NCBI GenBank assembly: GCA_973895155.1
Contig: OZ316894.1
Span: forward strand, 17,638,563-17,702,562
From: Marsupella aquatica
Lineage: Eukaryota > Plantae > Marchantiophyta
Direction of reading: 5' to 3'
DNA length: 64,000 nucleotides
A program made the position numbers and the translations under genes. The notes under the pieces are model-generated. The model saw only the letters and a program-made list of their open reading frames with translations, did not search any database and was not told the origin of the DNA. The stretch's first letter is position 1; every line of letters begins with the position of its first letter. Shown piece by piece: positions 36,672 through 50,385 of the stretch.

Positions 36672-39226
36672 ATGACAAATCTCTTGGATCAAAACCCTAT
36701 CTACTGCGTGGAGCAAATTGTCATACCAGATGGATTACCTGCATTGCTAAAGGCATTTGCCAAGGAAGCAATTCGACACAATCCCAAAGACATTGAGACA
36801 TTTGCATGGAGGTATTTTGAAAAACTGGCTGCAGCGGTCCAATTGGATGCTACTGCTCCTCCTCCAACCATCAACCAGGTGAAGATTCGTGAAACACTGG
36901 CTTACCTTCTTATGCACTGAAATTAGAAAATTGTATGATGTCCTCCTAGGCTTCCCTTGCACAACAATATACAATGTCACAGTACACCAAGATACTGTTT
37001 TATGAGTTTAACTATTATCACTTTGAGGAGCTTCACCTTGACTATCATTGGAAACTAGGACTTCTGGTAATGTTGTAATATCCTTTGTAATCTTAAATAA
37101 TTAAGACTTTCACCTTCCTGCTGATAAAGTTTCATCACTACATATGGTTCCAACGCCCCTAAAAGTTTTAAGACACACATACGTCTTACTCGGAAGTCCA
37201 CCTTAAAGTTTTTAACACAACAGACACAGTTCAGCTCTATGGGTCTCTCCTATGGGACCATGAAAACAAATGTCAGCCCTTGATAAGGCTTATCCTAGCT
37301 AGGCTGAACGAACCTTGAAATTAGGAGACTGAATTCTCTCAGACTTCTTGATTGTAGGGCATTGTAAGTAGTGGGGATCCTAGAAAATTTATTTCAGTGA
37401 TATCTGTTATTGAAGATATTTGAAGTACACAAAATACTAGAATAATATGGTGTGAGTTTGAAGCAAAACTTGAGAATAACTTGATGATGCTCTGGTTTTG
37501 CTCCAAATCAAGTTGCAATACTTATTGGGGGTTCAACAACTTTTTCTTTGAATGTGTTGCCTTCACTAAGAATTAATCGTCATCTAAATCTTTGGATTTT
37601 TGGTTTATGCTTACACTTGCCATTTCATCTTTCCTCAAATTGTTTGTGTGCATAGATTAATCCACCGCAACATTGGGGTTGTTTGTTGTGCTACAGCTGG
37701 TTGCTGTTTGGACAAAGTGTAAAGAGCTGGATTTCACAAATACAGAGCCAATGTACAAGATTTTGACAACATGTGGGATTGCTCACAATACATGCGACAA
37801 CATATTCAAACTGGCAGACTTTCCATCTGATCTAATCGATCCAAAGGAAGTAATAACATTATTGATTACTGCTACAGCAAAGGTAGAACTTCAGATCGAT
37901 TGCTTGAAATTTATGATATGGATCTTATCCTCAACAAAATAAAAATAATATTTGGGCTGACTCTCATTGTTGGACAAAATGGTCAAACATTGAAGATACA
38001 CAGGAAAAAATTATGTTGGTTGTTTAGTGACACGAGGCTCAAAGCTTTTCTTAGATATGCAGACTGAGGCGGTGTAATTTATGTTTTCTTTTTTAAGATT
38101 ATGTCTGGCTCTACAATGTTATCTTACAACCATCCATCATCATCTTCTCTAATGAGCTTTAAGGTATAAGTTTAGGTTTTATTATACACTCTTATTGGCC
38201 CAACTACAGTCTGTAGTTTCCATGAAGCTATTTCTCTCTTAAGGAAGCACACGCAAGTTGTACAATGGTATAGAATAGAAGTTCAAATCACACTTTGTTC
38301 CATCACCTAGTTGGTCTGGAGCCAGTGTCCTTACCCACACCTCACCCTAGCTTGCTAAATTTGTCCCATTAAACTTGAAGAAGTTGAATAGAAGTAGGGA
38401 TGTAGTTGATGGGATGGGGTTCAAATATGTTAAATGGCACCTCACTAAAGGGCTTGTTTATCAAACAATCCCCCCTTTCTCTTTTGTAATGTAAACAAGA
38501 CTTGGCTAAGTTCAAAATCCAATGAAAATAATTGGCTAAGAAGAATGATGACTGCTGAGCTCAGCCTTGAGCCCCCTCAAGCCCAACTGATACATCAAAT
38601 ATAATGTTGCATTTGGTTGGTGGCATGAGATGATGCTGCACCTGTTTCTGCAGACCTTTCTAGCTGTGATCAGAGGTGTATTCAAGGTTTTCGGATCAAA
38701 CACTCAAGAGAGACTGCCTGTTCAACTTTTCTTCATGATAGTTAACTTCATTGCAAGAAGAAATAAAGATATTTCAGCAACCACAATATCTGCACTGCAT
38801 CAAGATTTGTGAGTGACCTCAAGCAATTTGAAACACTTTGCTGTGATAGAAAATGGAGGGGAGTAACCTGAGTTCTGTGGTATGGACATTAGGTGTTTCA
38901 TTTTTACAAAAAGCGCAGTTTTCAATACTTTTTGTAGACCTGGTTTGTATTTAAACCTCTAAGTAGAGAAAAGACCCTAAACATAATGCAGACTAGCCTT
39001 CCTTCTCATACTTCAAGACTATCCTCTTTTGCTTTTCCTCAAAACAATCCTTAGAATGAGATCGATCCAGTTATCTACCCCGTATCTTCAATTGAGCTGT
39101 ACTGTAATCATTGTTTAACCAAGCTTTGCATGAATTTGGTACTGCAGACGGGACAGGCAAATAAAAGAAGTTCGATTTGATGATATAAATTCAAACCCAA
39201 TCATGGCTGACCTCATGAAAATATAA
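36672..39226 (+). CDS. RSP11: RIIa dimerisation/docking-domain protein, radial spoke protein 11 / ropporin-1-like
   Basis: Exons 36672-36878, 37697-37882, 38654-38808, 39148-39226, all GT-AG and in phase. N-terminus PIYCVEQIVIPDGLPALLKAFAKEAIRHNPKDIETFAWRYF resembles the RSP11/ROPN1L RIIa domain. Confidence 0.8.
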
Positions 39227-39329
39227 TTGAGCTGTAGAAAGAGTGGCTTGTAACATGCATATATATACTCTTATTTTAGCAATAATATTAGCAGAATACA
39301 GACCATGGGAAACTTGAGCATTGAGCAGG

Positions 39330-41000
39330 TCTTCTAACAGGCAGCAATTACTTTCCTAACGGGAGAGAGGAAAACTGATTTAACTAGAATCATGATTACA
39401 TTGTTCTTGGAATGATAACATATGTGAATGTCCCACATTATGTACCACTTCCGGAAATTAAAGTGAACACCCAAGAGTGGAGGGCCATTTCTTGTTCTAA
39501 AGATAACCTCCATACAAAAATAGTTTAAATGGAGTTCAATGAAATGCAAATCCCTTGAATGAAGGAGCCAAAGCATTGAAATGTTGGACCAGCTCTCGAG
39601 TGATCTAAAATTGTAGACAAAATAAGCACTCCAAAGCAACATTGCCTTGGCCCCACTTCTTGCCATGTAGGATGACATCGTACCCTAATGGGTCCTGACT
39701 TCTTGTAAAGCCAATTGCAACTGTTCCTCCTATTATAGGGTCCAGTTTTTAAATTTAGAGGGAATAAAAACAGAAGCCATGGCCCCACTCAGGTGTCTTG
39801 GAAAGCCACCATAGGGCATATCCAAGGGTAGAGTAAACGAGGATAGGGTAGCTAGGAGAAGGGTAGAAACGAGAGTAGAAATATGGTCCTCGATATGGTC
39901 CTGAAGGTAGCGAGATATTAGCCAGAATCTGATGGTTCTCACTAAATCTAAGGAAATCTAAGGGTCATAATTAGATTAATATAGTAGAGCTAGAAAGTGA
40001 ATAGTCTTAGAATCGGTCCTTTCACCCCCTTAACATTCACCACTCTTGCTATAGGAAGAGAGTAGTTGGACAGTATTAAAAAATAAGAGGGTGAGTTGGT
40101 CTCGGACCTTTTCAAAGTTGAGGTCATGAAGAGAAGATATGATATATCACTAATTGCCAAAGAACAAAAAGTGCCAAACTGGGAGACACAATCACTAAGG
40201 CAGAAAACCCTTGAATAAAGGGGAGAAAACAACGGAAATCCCAACTAAAGCTAATTGGATTTCTGTTCAGATTCTGGTGGTTTTAGGTTCTACATCAATC
40301 TTGGGTACAACTAAAAACACCATCTGGAAGGACAGACCATTGGAACCATATTCAACTTTAATTTGAAGGTCTTATGGTAAAAATGGATTCTCCCATACTG
40401 GAAGAAGAATGATGTGAAAGAGAGCTGTGTATGAAAACAATTGTGAGAAAGCGTCTTTGTAGGCCCTTTTTTGTAAATTGTAAATGGCCTTTGAATCTTG
40501 AGACCTTTTTCTTCCATTCCATTTCTCTGCCTCTGGTTGTATTTAGTTTAATTGCTCTTTTTTGGTAAATCTGGAAAAACAAAGCCTGGATGGACCACAT
40601 CATCTGAAACCAACTTAAAGTCAGGTACGCAAAAGTTATTGGAAGTGCACAGTGTGGGACACTAAGGATATGCAAAAATGTCTAGAAATTCAGAACGCTT
40701 GATCTCACTTCTTCAAGAAAACTAGAGATATTAGACTGATTGGAAAAATCTTTCCAAGCTTGTTTCCAAGCCCCTTCTAAGGAGACCAAGAAGAGCCTAC
40801 TCAGTTGGATATCAAGTAAGATATTGAATGTGAATCTTTGTTGTTGAAGACTTTTTGGAAAATATGAAGGTGTTGAACTAAGAGCAAATATATATATAAA
40901 AGGTGTCATTGTCCCAAGGCAGGGTCCCATGGTTCAATGGCCTGCTCAGTTGGAGCATCAATATTAACATAAAGATAGAGAGAATTTAGTTTGTGGAGAC
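39330..41000 (-). mobile_element. Highly degenerate non-LTR (LINE-like) retroelement remnant
   Basis: Broken Trp-rich frames (e.g. GKKWGQGNVALECLFC, WYIMWDI, AWKQAWKDF) reminiscent of the LINE ORF2 C-terminus. Segment 40150-40245 resembles 60500-60610 in the opposite orientation. Confidence 0.3.
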
Positions 41001-42247
41001 TCAGTGTGACTGATGGGTTTACACTCCACTCTTAGTATTATATCCGTATCAAATCAAATGCGGACAGCCTGAGAGTGCCACTTATGGCACTTCCAGGGAT
41101 AGGTCCCCCAAAATAAAAAAGGCTGGTTGGGCCCAACAAATCTATTGTGAACAAATCTTGTCCCTTACTTTTGTTATTGTTGGACCCAGAAGATTCTGAA
41201 AACTTCTTTCTATTGTTGCACGAATCAGGCGGATTCTGAAAAGAGTTTGTGGAGTTGAGCTTTCTTTCCTTTTCTGGGGTCATGCTTTCATTGCTTATTT
41301 ATGTGGTGTCCCCAGGTTCTCCAACAAGACAGGATTCCTACGCGTCGGCCCTCTTTTTGGTTGAATTTTTGGTTTATTATTTTATATATATTAAACTACC
41401 CCAATAACTTTGAGCTGCACAATTATGTGCACCTGCCTGGATGTCCATTCTTTGAATATTAATTAAAATGATAACAAAAATCATCATTTGCACATGATAT
41501 CCATGTTTCTCTCCATTCACATATATTTTGGTGGGGCTCTGCGGCCAAGGTCTAAAGTACTAGACCCCAACTCTAGCTGCTTATCTCCATTACCTAAATT
41601 AGCTTCTAGACCCCAACTCTAGTTTCTCATAGTGATCAGTTATATAGGTTGTTGTCATGTTGTCGTTCATACCCATTTGGAAAAGTACAACTAAAAAATT
41701 AAATTGATTTTTTAGAAGGGGGAAAAAAATACAAATAGAAAAGTGTGAAGGGGATTTAAGGCATTGCTTTTGGTTCTCCCGTCCACTTTGTCAATTCACA
41801 TCTGTTGGTACCAAAGTGAACAATTGGGGGCATTCTTGTCTGAACTTCTGGAGGAGAAAGGCAACTTACTGTAGCAAATTAGATCGACAATCTTGGCAAG
41901 CACGTAGTAATCCATACGAAGCACTCCAGTAGATTGTGCATGGTAGCACAATGGGAACAAAGCCTCTGTGTGATCATTGATGAGAACGTTTCATCAGTGA
42001 ATCACTGATCGAACAGAGATGATGAACAGAGATGATGAACAGAGATTCGAATGAACAGAGCATCCAAGCTCACGGCAGTAAGAGTTGTGGGAGATTTCAT
42101 TGATTTCGGAATGAAGAGCGATTGAACATCGTCGTTGGGTGATTGGAGGACTGAGGTCTTCTTCGCCTGAGCCTACTGCAGAAATTGAAGGCGCTTGGAA
42201 ACTTGGAATCGTTTGGTTCATCATCTGTCTTGTGTAGCTCAGAAAGC

Positions 42248-44924
42248 ATGATGAGAAGCTTGACATCGCCAAGCGTTTCACGGAGACTGTTTCTCGGCAC
42301 GGCGCTGCTGTTTAGTTGTGTGGCAGCAATCTGTTTGGGACATTCTGAGGTTAATGATGTGGTCCGCTCCTCCCGTTCGTCTTGGTGCCCCAGTGCCTTC
42401 TTCAACTTTGGCGATTCTCTCAGTGACACTGGCAACATGGAGCTGGCCATGCCAGGCACCTTTGCGTCGGGCAGTCTTCCATACGGAGAGGCCTTCTTTC
42501 GGAGCCCGACTGGGAGAGACAGCAATGGCCGTCTCGTCATCGACTTCATGCGTACGTACGCCAGTCGATCGTCCTGTGACAATCCCTTTCAAATTTCGGA
42601 TTCTGTATCTAGTGACAATTGACGTGGTGAGTGGAGTTTAAATGTTGCTCAACTTCATCTGACATACAGTTCTTAACGCTTGTGTTGGTCTCTCTCTCTC
42701 TCTGTCTCTGTGCACGGCTTTGATCGATGAATTGCGAGCAGTTCTGGCTTTCCAGCAGCCGCTGCTCTATCCGCATCTTTTGCCCTCTCACAAGAATGAT
42801 CTGCAAGGACTGAACTTCGCGTATTCGGGGGCGACTGCTTCACGGGAGTCCTCGCTGCTACCCTTCCCTCTACCCTACCAGGTTGATCAGTTTATCCAGC
42901 TCAAGAACCAATTACTGCAAACACAACGAGAGCAATCTGCGGGTAAGTTGCTTCCTTTCCCTCTGGAAATGAGTTCTTATGACCATGTGAGTCGCAAATC
43001 GGTTTCCATTGAATTTGCATTTTGAAACCCCTCGTGAAACCCATATCAACGTCCATGATCATTGATCGCGATGTTTTGCTCGTCTGTATTCTGCACAATG
43101 ATGCGTCTTCCTTCCTGATTTTATCCATTGGTTTGCATCTTCTCGTGTGAGTTTCTGGTTCTTTTGGGGCTGCCTGGGATACCTCTCACATCACTAATTT
43201 TACCTGTGCTTTCATTCGTTACGTGAGTGTGGCCAGACCTTATCGTCGAATCTTGAGTGAAACTTAAAGTTCTGATTATGCTTTTTGCAGCTCAGAAGAT
43301 GATCGAATTGGACCAAGACAGATATAGCACGGCTCTGTACACCTTATGCATAGGAGGAAATGATCTGATAGGTGGACTTCTCCGAGGGCTTCAACCAAAC
43401 GCCATCATACAAAATATTGTTCCCATTGTCCTCTACGAAACCGTCAGCGCCATCGAGGTATTGTGCTATTTTTCGACTGTTGCTGGCGCCTCCTCGTCCG
43501 TCGTCTGTTCTGCTAAATTTATTTCGTTCTAAGTGTGGCTGAGTGCAGTAGAATGCGATGTGATAGGACTGAATTCAAGAAATTTCCTTACAGTCCAATA
43601 CTCTTGAAATCCTTGACAGTTTGAGCTGTTTGGTTCTATGATCGGCGGTCAGGATGGATTCGTATAGTTAAGAGCTTTCGAGGTGAATTGTGGAAAACCC
43701 CAGTGCCGGCCGGTGCTTAATGTCCATTACAAAAGGGGAAATTGCGCGAATAATTCAATGGTTTTATGCGTGAACTTAATCAAACATGCTTTCCAAAGAG
43801 TTCCAAAAGTCTGAAGGCCCGCCATCTGGCAGATGTCCGAGTAAGAAACCAAAACATGAACAGGTAGTAGGGAACAGCAATGAATTTTGAGGACGCGAGA
43901 AAAGTACAAGGCGGGAGAGAAGAGCACTGACTTAAGCTAAAGATTCCAGAATTTCCTCATCATCATGCGTTTTCGATATTCCACTCTGTTGTGCTGGTCT
44001 ACTAAAACGATAACTAGGAGACTTGTCAAACGTATTGTGTTCATCTTCTCTGTGGAAGAGTTTTTTGTAACAATTGTGGTGAATGGTGATAAAGTGCAGG
44101 CTCTATACTATCAAGGCGCGAGGAAATTCATGGTCTTCAATGGCCCTTCTCTAGGCTGTGCCACAATAGTCTTGACCGTGATGGACGGTTCAGGTCTCCC
44201 CGTTGACGATCTCGGCTGCATTACAGCTATAAATGAAATAAATCACGCATTGAACAGTGAGTTGTTCAAATCTGTCGAGCAACTCCGAGTGTCGCTTCCG
44301 AACGTGACCATCACTCACTTTGACTACTATGCTGCGAATATCGAAATTTTTACAAACCCTTCGAAATATGGTGAGTAATGCTTTCAAAATTGAACACGTC
44401 TATTAAAAGTCCAGTGTCCATCAATTCAACTGGGCCTTATCAGGAGTTCTACTCTCTCAGCGGGTTGCTTTATTGAGCTCCTGGCCTGACTTGTTCCATC
44501 TCACCTTTATTTGACAGGATTCAATCCAGACGTGGTGCAGACGGCTTGCTGTGGAGCTCCAGGAGTTGGAACGCTGAATTTCAATCTCGCGGCCCAGTGT
44601 GGGAGACAGAACTTCAACGAATGTGCTAACCCAGACGAGTACCTCATCTGGGATGGGATCCACTGGACTGAAGCCTTCTATAGGCATATCGCCATGTTTG
44701 TTCTGAATGGGGAATTCTCTGATCCGCCCACCAATCTCACGAAGGCTTGCGACCTTAGCTTTGAAGAATTTGGTCACAAAACATACGAAGAAGTATTTAT
44801 TGGGAGCAATTCTCTGTCATTTGATGAGTCACTCAAGCAAGGTTTGGCGGATGATCAGAAAACAGAACCTGCCCTCATTGTCCAAGGGCTTATACAGCCA
44901 GATCGCGCAACCCTAAATTCATGA
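42248..44924 (+). CDS. GDSL esterase/lipase (SGNH hydrolase), secreted
   Basis: Exons 42248-42551 (signal peptide, FNFGDSLSDTGN, PTGRDSNGRLVIDF), 42742-42942 (GLNFAYSGAT), 43291-43457 (IGGND), 44100-44370, 44518-44924 (WDGIHWTE catalytic D/H). Confidence 0.95.
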
Positions 44925-46089
44925 TGTTTTTACTAGACAAGTGATGGATGGCACTCAGGCAAGCAATGGGACTAGGAGCGGCACAACTGGAAGTGGGAAT
45001 ACTAACTTCGAAAACTGTAGCCAGAGCGCTTCCAGAGCTCGTGTGCATCTACAATAGGAAACATCTACAGTTCTCTCCACATGCCTGTGTTCAAATCCTG
45101 CCTACTTGCAGAGAAACGTTTCTGGATATTAGGAATCGATGCTAATTAAGATACTACAGTAGGCAAACCAATGTGCGAAACTTTGGCAGGCCATCATATC
45201 AGGGGACTAGAAGTACTAAAGATGTGAATGACGGTTGCTTGTCTGTAAATTGATGTGTATTTAGAGCAACTTGAAACGAAAGCCAACACACGAAATTGAA
45301 CTGAAATCAACCTGTGCAAAATGGAGTCGCTGTTTGCAAGGACGAAGCCCAAATTGCTGCATGATGTCTACACCACATCCCAACCTAGAAACCTGTGATT
45401 TTTTGGTTTCTGTGATTTTTTGGTTTCTTGCTTTCGTTTGTAATTCTATAGAGAAACTGATGTCTGGATGGACCACAAATGAATGGTAACCAGGTCTGTT
45501 ACCAAACACAGATTTGGTGTTTTGGTCACAAGAAAACTAAATCCGAAATCTTCTCGTTACTGCTCAAGTTGTTTTACCTTTGCTCATGCTGTACTCTGTA
45601 CTGTTCTAGTCCTGTATTTTGTGGCATATCTTTAAAAATGTAGTCATAATAGGGCGCGTCAGTGTAGTGCCTTAAGCAAGGTCTTATGGCTATAACTTTT
45701 TGTATGTATCATGGGAAACTTATTTAGGTAGCCTAGAGCGTTTTTGTCCTGGCTGGAAAAGCACTTCGTGTCCTTGGCTGCACCTTATGTCATTGGCTGT
45801 AATTGCTGCACGTTATGTCATTGGCTGTAACCCAGTTACGGCCTTGCTTTGACATGCCCTAAAATTTGAGACTGCCCTACCATTGGACACATAGATTTGA
45901 GTTTTAAGATCCCATTTCAACTAACGTATTTCCGTCACTCAATTATGTAACTAGGATGGACCTAGCCGTTTCTGAGATCCAAATGTGCTATCATACATAC
46001 AATTTAAATTTAAAGTAACAATCGAAACAGTTCATCCAGGTTGTGATGGCCATCCTAGTAATTTGTCATTGTACATGGTCTATGCTGAC

Positions 46090-46120
<31 letters not shown>

Positions 46121-46476
46121 CTTTTCTTGGGCTCTGGAGAGCATGGATTCCCTCCCAAATTACCTCCTTCCCGACTGGTCCTGGAAAGGACAGAACCAAA
46201 AAGAAGCCTTACATGAGTCATTGAAAATGACAAAAGGAAAAACAAAACTGAATTTAGGCTTGGAAAACAACAGAATTAGAAAAGCTTACCCCCCAGTCAC
46301 GTTGGAAAATGACAGAAGGATAAAGAAGACACAGTTTGAACTTGGAAAACAACCCAACAGGACAACCCACAATCACAGAAAGTGATAGAACAATTTTAAA
46401 AATTTTAATTAAAAAATCAACTGAAAACTACTCTATTTCCGGTATAATCTTTGGGCTCATCAGAAATTGAGTAAAA

Positions 46477-46834
46477 GACATTAGAAAAGTTTCAAACTTT
46501 GTCACATAATACATTGGGCATCACAGGTCTCACACTTTGTCAAGTAATAGATTGGACATATATCATAGGACATGTTGACTACATTTGAGGTCAAACAAAG
46601 ATCCAAGATCTGTACCAATAAATAGACACTTGTGCCCCAAACCAGTTGTTTATAGTTGGACATTAGAAAAGTTTCAAACTTTGTCAGGTACATTGGACAT
46701 CACTGGTCTCACACTTTGTCAAGTAATAGATTGGGCAGCAGAGGACATGTTGACTACATTTGAGATCAAACAAAGATCCAAGATCTGTACCAATAAATAG
46801 TCACTTGTGCCCAAAACCAGTTGTTTACAGTTGG
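46477..46834. repeat. ~180-bp tandem duplication
   Basis: gacattagaaaagtttcaaactttgtca...caaacaaagatccaagatctgtaccaataaatag...accagttgttta twice. Confidence 0.92.
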
Positions 46835-47111
46835 TCAGGAGCCTGAGAAACCTACCTGGGGGCCTTCTTCACAAAATGAAGCATGTTTCCCAAAATTCAA
46901 TTCAAAATGTAGCCCGTCCATTTTTCTGTCCATGTAAACTTGCTGGTGACTATAGTCAGGTAGTCTTTCCCTTTCCACTAGCATGAGTACCCATTCTTTG
47001 AACCTAAATATAGGTGAGTATAAAAAAAAATTACAACAAAAAGATTCCTTATTATTCTCACTCATTTATAATTCGTCCCCATACCCTGCTAAGTGACACA
47101 GTCAGAGTTAT

Positions 47112-47470
47112 TGTTCACTTAGACCTAGGCCATAAAACTAGGTTTTTATTGCAATTACTAGTAAGATGTAAAATTGCTACTGGTAGGGGGTTCACTCTAG
47201 ACCTAGGCCATAAAACTAGGTTTCTATTGCAAATTACTAGGAAGATATAAATTTGCTGATGGCTTTTCACAAATTAGTATGTATAGAGGCTTCACTCCAC
47301 ACCTAGGCCTTAAAAGTAGGTTTCTATTGCAAATTACTAGTAAGATGTAAACTGGCTGATGGCTTCTCAGTACAGTCATGAGGATTGGAAAGGAAGTAGG
47401 TTTCTATTGCAATTACTTGTAAGGTGTAAACTGGCTGATGGCTTCTCAGTCCATGAGGATTGGCAAGGAA
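47112..47470. repeat. Degenerate tandem repeat, ~80-100-bp units x4
   Basis: Recurring cacctaggcc.taaaa.taggtttctattgcaa(a)ttactag.aagat.taaa.tggctgatggctt. Confidence 0.8.
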
Positions 47471-47534
47471 AACCTGCCAGCAACCCAGTGTAGTTGTGGT
47501 CGTTCAGCGGGTCCCTTCAAAAAATCTGACAGGT

Positions 47535-47760
47535 CGAAAGAGGGAGAGAAGGAGCCAAGGTGGAGTGGTGATCCAACATGGAACGAGAAACTAAGCTTCA
47601 AATTATGTTATGTCCACAGGGGACTTCCAAACGCCCGCTCCAGTTATTGCCCTCAAAATTACGCTAGAGAATTCCCGAGTCTGCAAACAGAACTGTACTA
47701 ATGCGAAGAATGCTCAACAAATACGGCCAGCTTGGGGCTAGCAGTTTGCCATCCTAGGTG
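47535..47760 (+). pseudogene. Possible C2-domain (SRC2/BAP-like) pseudogene fragment
   Basis: GDPTWNEKLSFKL...SLQTELY* then, after a frameshift, KYGQLGASSLP*. These follow the order of C2 motifs NPxWNExFxF / LxxEly / lGxxxiP, but with stops. Confidence 0.4.
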
Positions 47761-48274
47761 GAGAATTTCTTCCTGCATCGGAGGAGCAGCAACGATGGAT
47801 GCCTGGAAACAATTGTCAAAATCGAAATCAGGAACAGTTTTTTTCAACAAGGGTTTCATGAATTGTGTGGCGTGACGGAGCTGTCCAGCGATGGAGCCAA
47901 CGACTTCAAAGGGAATATGGGACACGAGGACTGGAGATCAATCACAGAGGGTTGAAGAGTCACAAATTGATGCAACAATGGTGGATTATTCACAAGCACG
48001 GCAGCTCCTGGCTGTTGATGTTCCCATCAGGGGAAGGTTGATTGCGACAGCAGAAGGCAAAGGGATATATGAAAAAGAGAAAATGGAACGGTTCAGTTCG
48101 CAATTTCAATTGTGAAAACGCATTACAGCCTGAGGTCGGCTGACATGCAGCTGAACAGGAGCAAAGGTCATGCACCATAGAAGTAAGGAGATAGGGACCG
48201 AAATGCCTACGCAGTTGCGGTACGGAATTTTTCGGACATGTTATCAATCAGACATGGGATGACCCACATTTGCA

Positions 48275-48288
48275 GGGGTTTAGGGTTT
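48275..48288 (-). promoter_or_regulatory. Telo-box ~90 bp upstream of the TFIIIC subunit ATG
   Basis: ggggtttagggttt = AAACCCTAAACCCC on the minus strand. Confidence 0.45.
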
Positions 48289-48379
48289 ATCAAGAATGTT
48301 GAAGACTGAGACGAGAGAGAACTCGGGTCTGATTTGATTTGAGGTCTAGGGAGAGAGATAGAGATAGAGAGAGATAGCA

Positions 48380-50385
48380 ATGGGTCGCATCGTAGAAGGC
48401 AGAATCACCGGCACTTTACCGGACCGTGTGGCGTTCGCTGTTGACTATCCGGGCTATCCATCGTCCGTGGAGAGAGCTATCCAAACGTTGGGTGGAGAGG
48501 AGGGTCTGGCCAAGGTGCGCACGTCGGAATCCAACTTTTTGGAGCTGAAATTCCGACCCGAAGACCCGTTTGCGCATCCGGCATTCGGTGAGCTTCGGCA
48601 TACTTCAGATCTTGTCCTGCGACTCTCGAGAAAAACTGTTAAATGTCCTGCCGGGCGCCAAGCTGAGACAACGAGTAACGCAGTTAAATCGAGTCAAGAC
48701 ATTGTGGAGCACAATGAGTCTGGGCGAACAAGGTAGTCATCCGCTCCAAAGTTTGTTCACATACAACTCCAATTTTCTGTGCATGACACTACCTCGGTCT
48801 CCTCTATGTCAATTTCCGTCTGTGTGGAATATTTAAGCTATCAAAGACCATACGAGTTAATGTAGTGGCTTATGATGTCCATAGGAAAACGAACGAGGAA
48901 TTTGAAGTCCAAGCACATGAAGTTGACGCCGAAATTATTGCAAAGGTGGAGCACACCTATACATTTGACGGTATGGCGGACTACCAGTATATCATGGCTG
49001 TCCATGCAGATGGCACCAACAAGCACAAGCCGAAAGGCACTGAGGACATTCCTGTGAAGGAGGTGGACCCAAACGAAATGACCATGCTTGTACCGCCCCT
49101 CTTCTCAACGAAGGATATGCCGGAGGAAATATTTTTGCGGCAACCTATAGGCAGAAAGAGGAAACAATTAACGGTTGACGTACAAGAGGGTCAGGAGGGC
49201 ATGCAAGTTCCATGTTTTGCCTTGGATTTTAAGATAAAGGAAGTCCCCAAGGAAGGAAACTGGGAACTCGATCTACACAGAGGATCTGAGCCATGGTTGC
49301 GAACAGCAGCTCTTGTGAGGCTATTTCAGGAGCGTCCCATCTGGACGAGGACAATGCTGAATGAAAGGTTAATTGAGCAGGGTATCACAGTAACAGGTTA
49401 TTACCTAAAAATGCTGCTGTTCAGAATTGCGTACTACTTTGGCAGTGGACCCTTTAGAAATCTTTGGATTCGGAATGGCTATGATCCTCGTTCGGATTCT
49501 GAGTCCCGGTCCCACCAAATTATTGATTTCAGGGTGCCATTTGTTTTACGGAGTCAAACTGAGGCAGCTACTCCACCGCCAAAGAAGTTGAGTTTCTCAG
49601 ATTTATGTGAGTTCAAAGGTGTTCCGCAGAAGAAGTTCACACAATTTCAACTGATTGATCTGCAGGATAATGATATACAGGCTCAGATTGAAAGTCCTCC
49701 AGAAAGAACAAGTTGCTCCGAAACTACTGGTTGGTATCGGCTCGGCACCATCAAGAGGCTACGACAGATAATTCGCTTACGCTTTTTGGCTCTTTACCCC
49801 GGCAAAATTGCTAGGGCGCTTGAATCCGTCGAACGCAGGAACTGGGAGTGCGCTAAATTGACACCTGAAACTGAAAAGGAGAGGCCAATTGATGATGATA
49901 GAAGTATTGTAAGCGCACATTCTGTTCTGGAAACTGGTCAAGAAAGTTCTCACAGAAGTGGCCAGGAAGGTAATGAGATGACCACGGAGGACCCCTTCTC
50001 TGTTCCAGATCAGTTGAATGGGGTTGACTTAAGTGCCATCGATGATGACGAGGAGGATGATGATGAGGACGAAGGAGATATCGGGGAAGAGGCGGATCAG
50101 TTGGATGATGATGGGTTGAAAACCAATCTAGATGAGGATGATGAAGAGGAGGAAGAATTGGAAGAAGATACGGAGGGATTGCTTTCTGGACAAGGTAATG
50201 CAGAAGATGAGGAGCCTCCATACTTGGATTTAACTGACAACATACCAAAGAACTACTTGCAAGCGTTGCTTGGAAAATTTGCTTCTAAAAGCAACAGTGA
50301 TGAGCGACCTAGTGCAATGGATTTAGATGATGATGAACAGTACACTATTTTTGAGGAAGACGAAGACGAAGACGAAGATGAATGA
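48380..50385 (+). CDS. GTF3C5: RNA polymerase III transcription factor TFIIIC subunit 5 (tau95/Tfc1-like)
   Basis: Exon 48380-48732 (FAVDYPGYPSSVERAIQTLGG, LELKFRPEDPFAHP) joins in phase (AG|G) to 48885-50385 (YTFDGMADYQY, LFQERPIWTR, AYYFGSGPFRNLWIRNGYDPR, IIDFRV, acidic tail). Confidence 0.92.
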
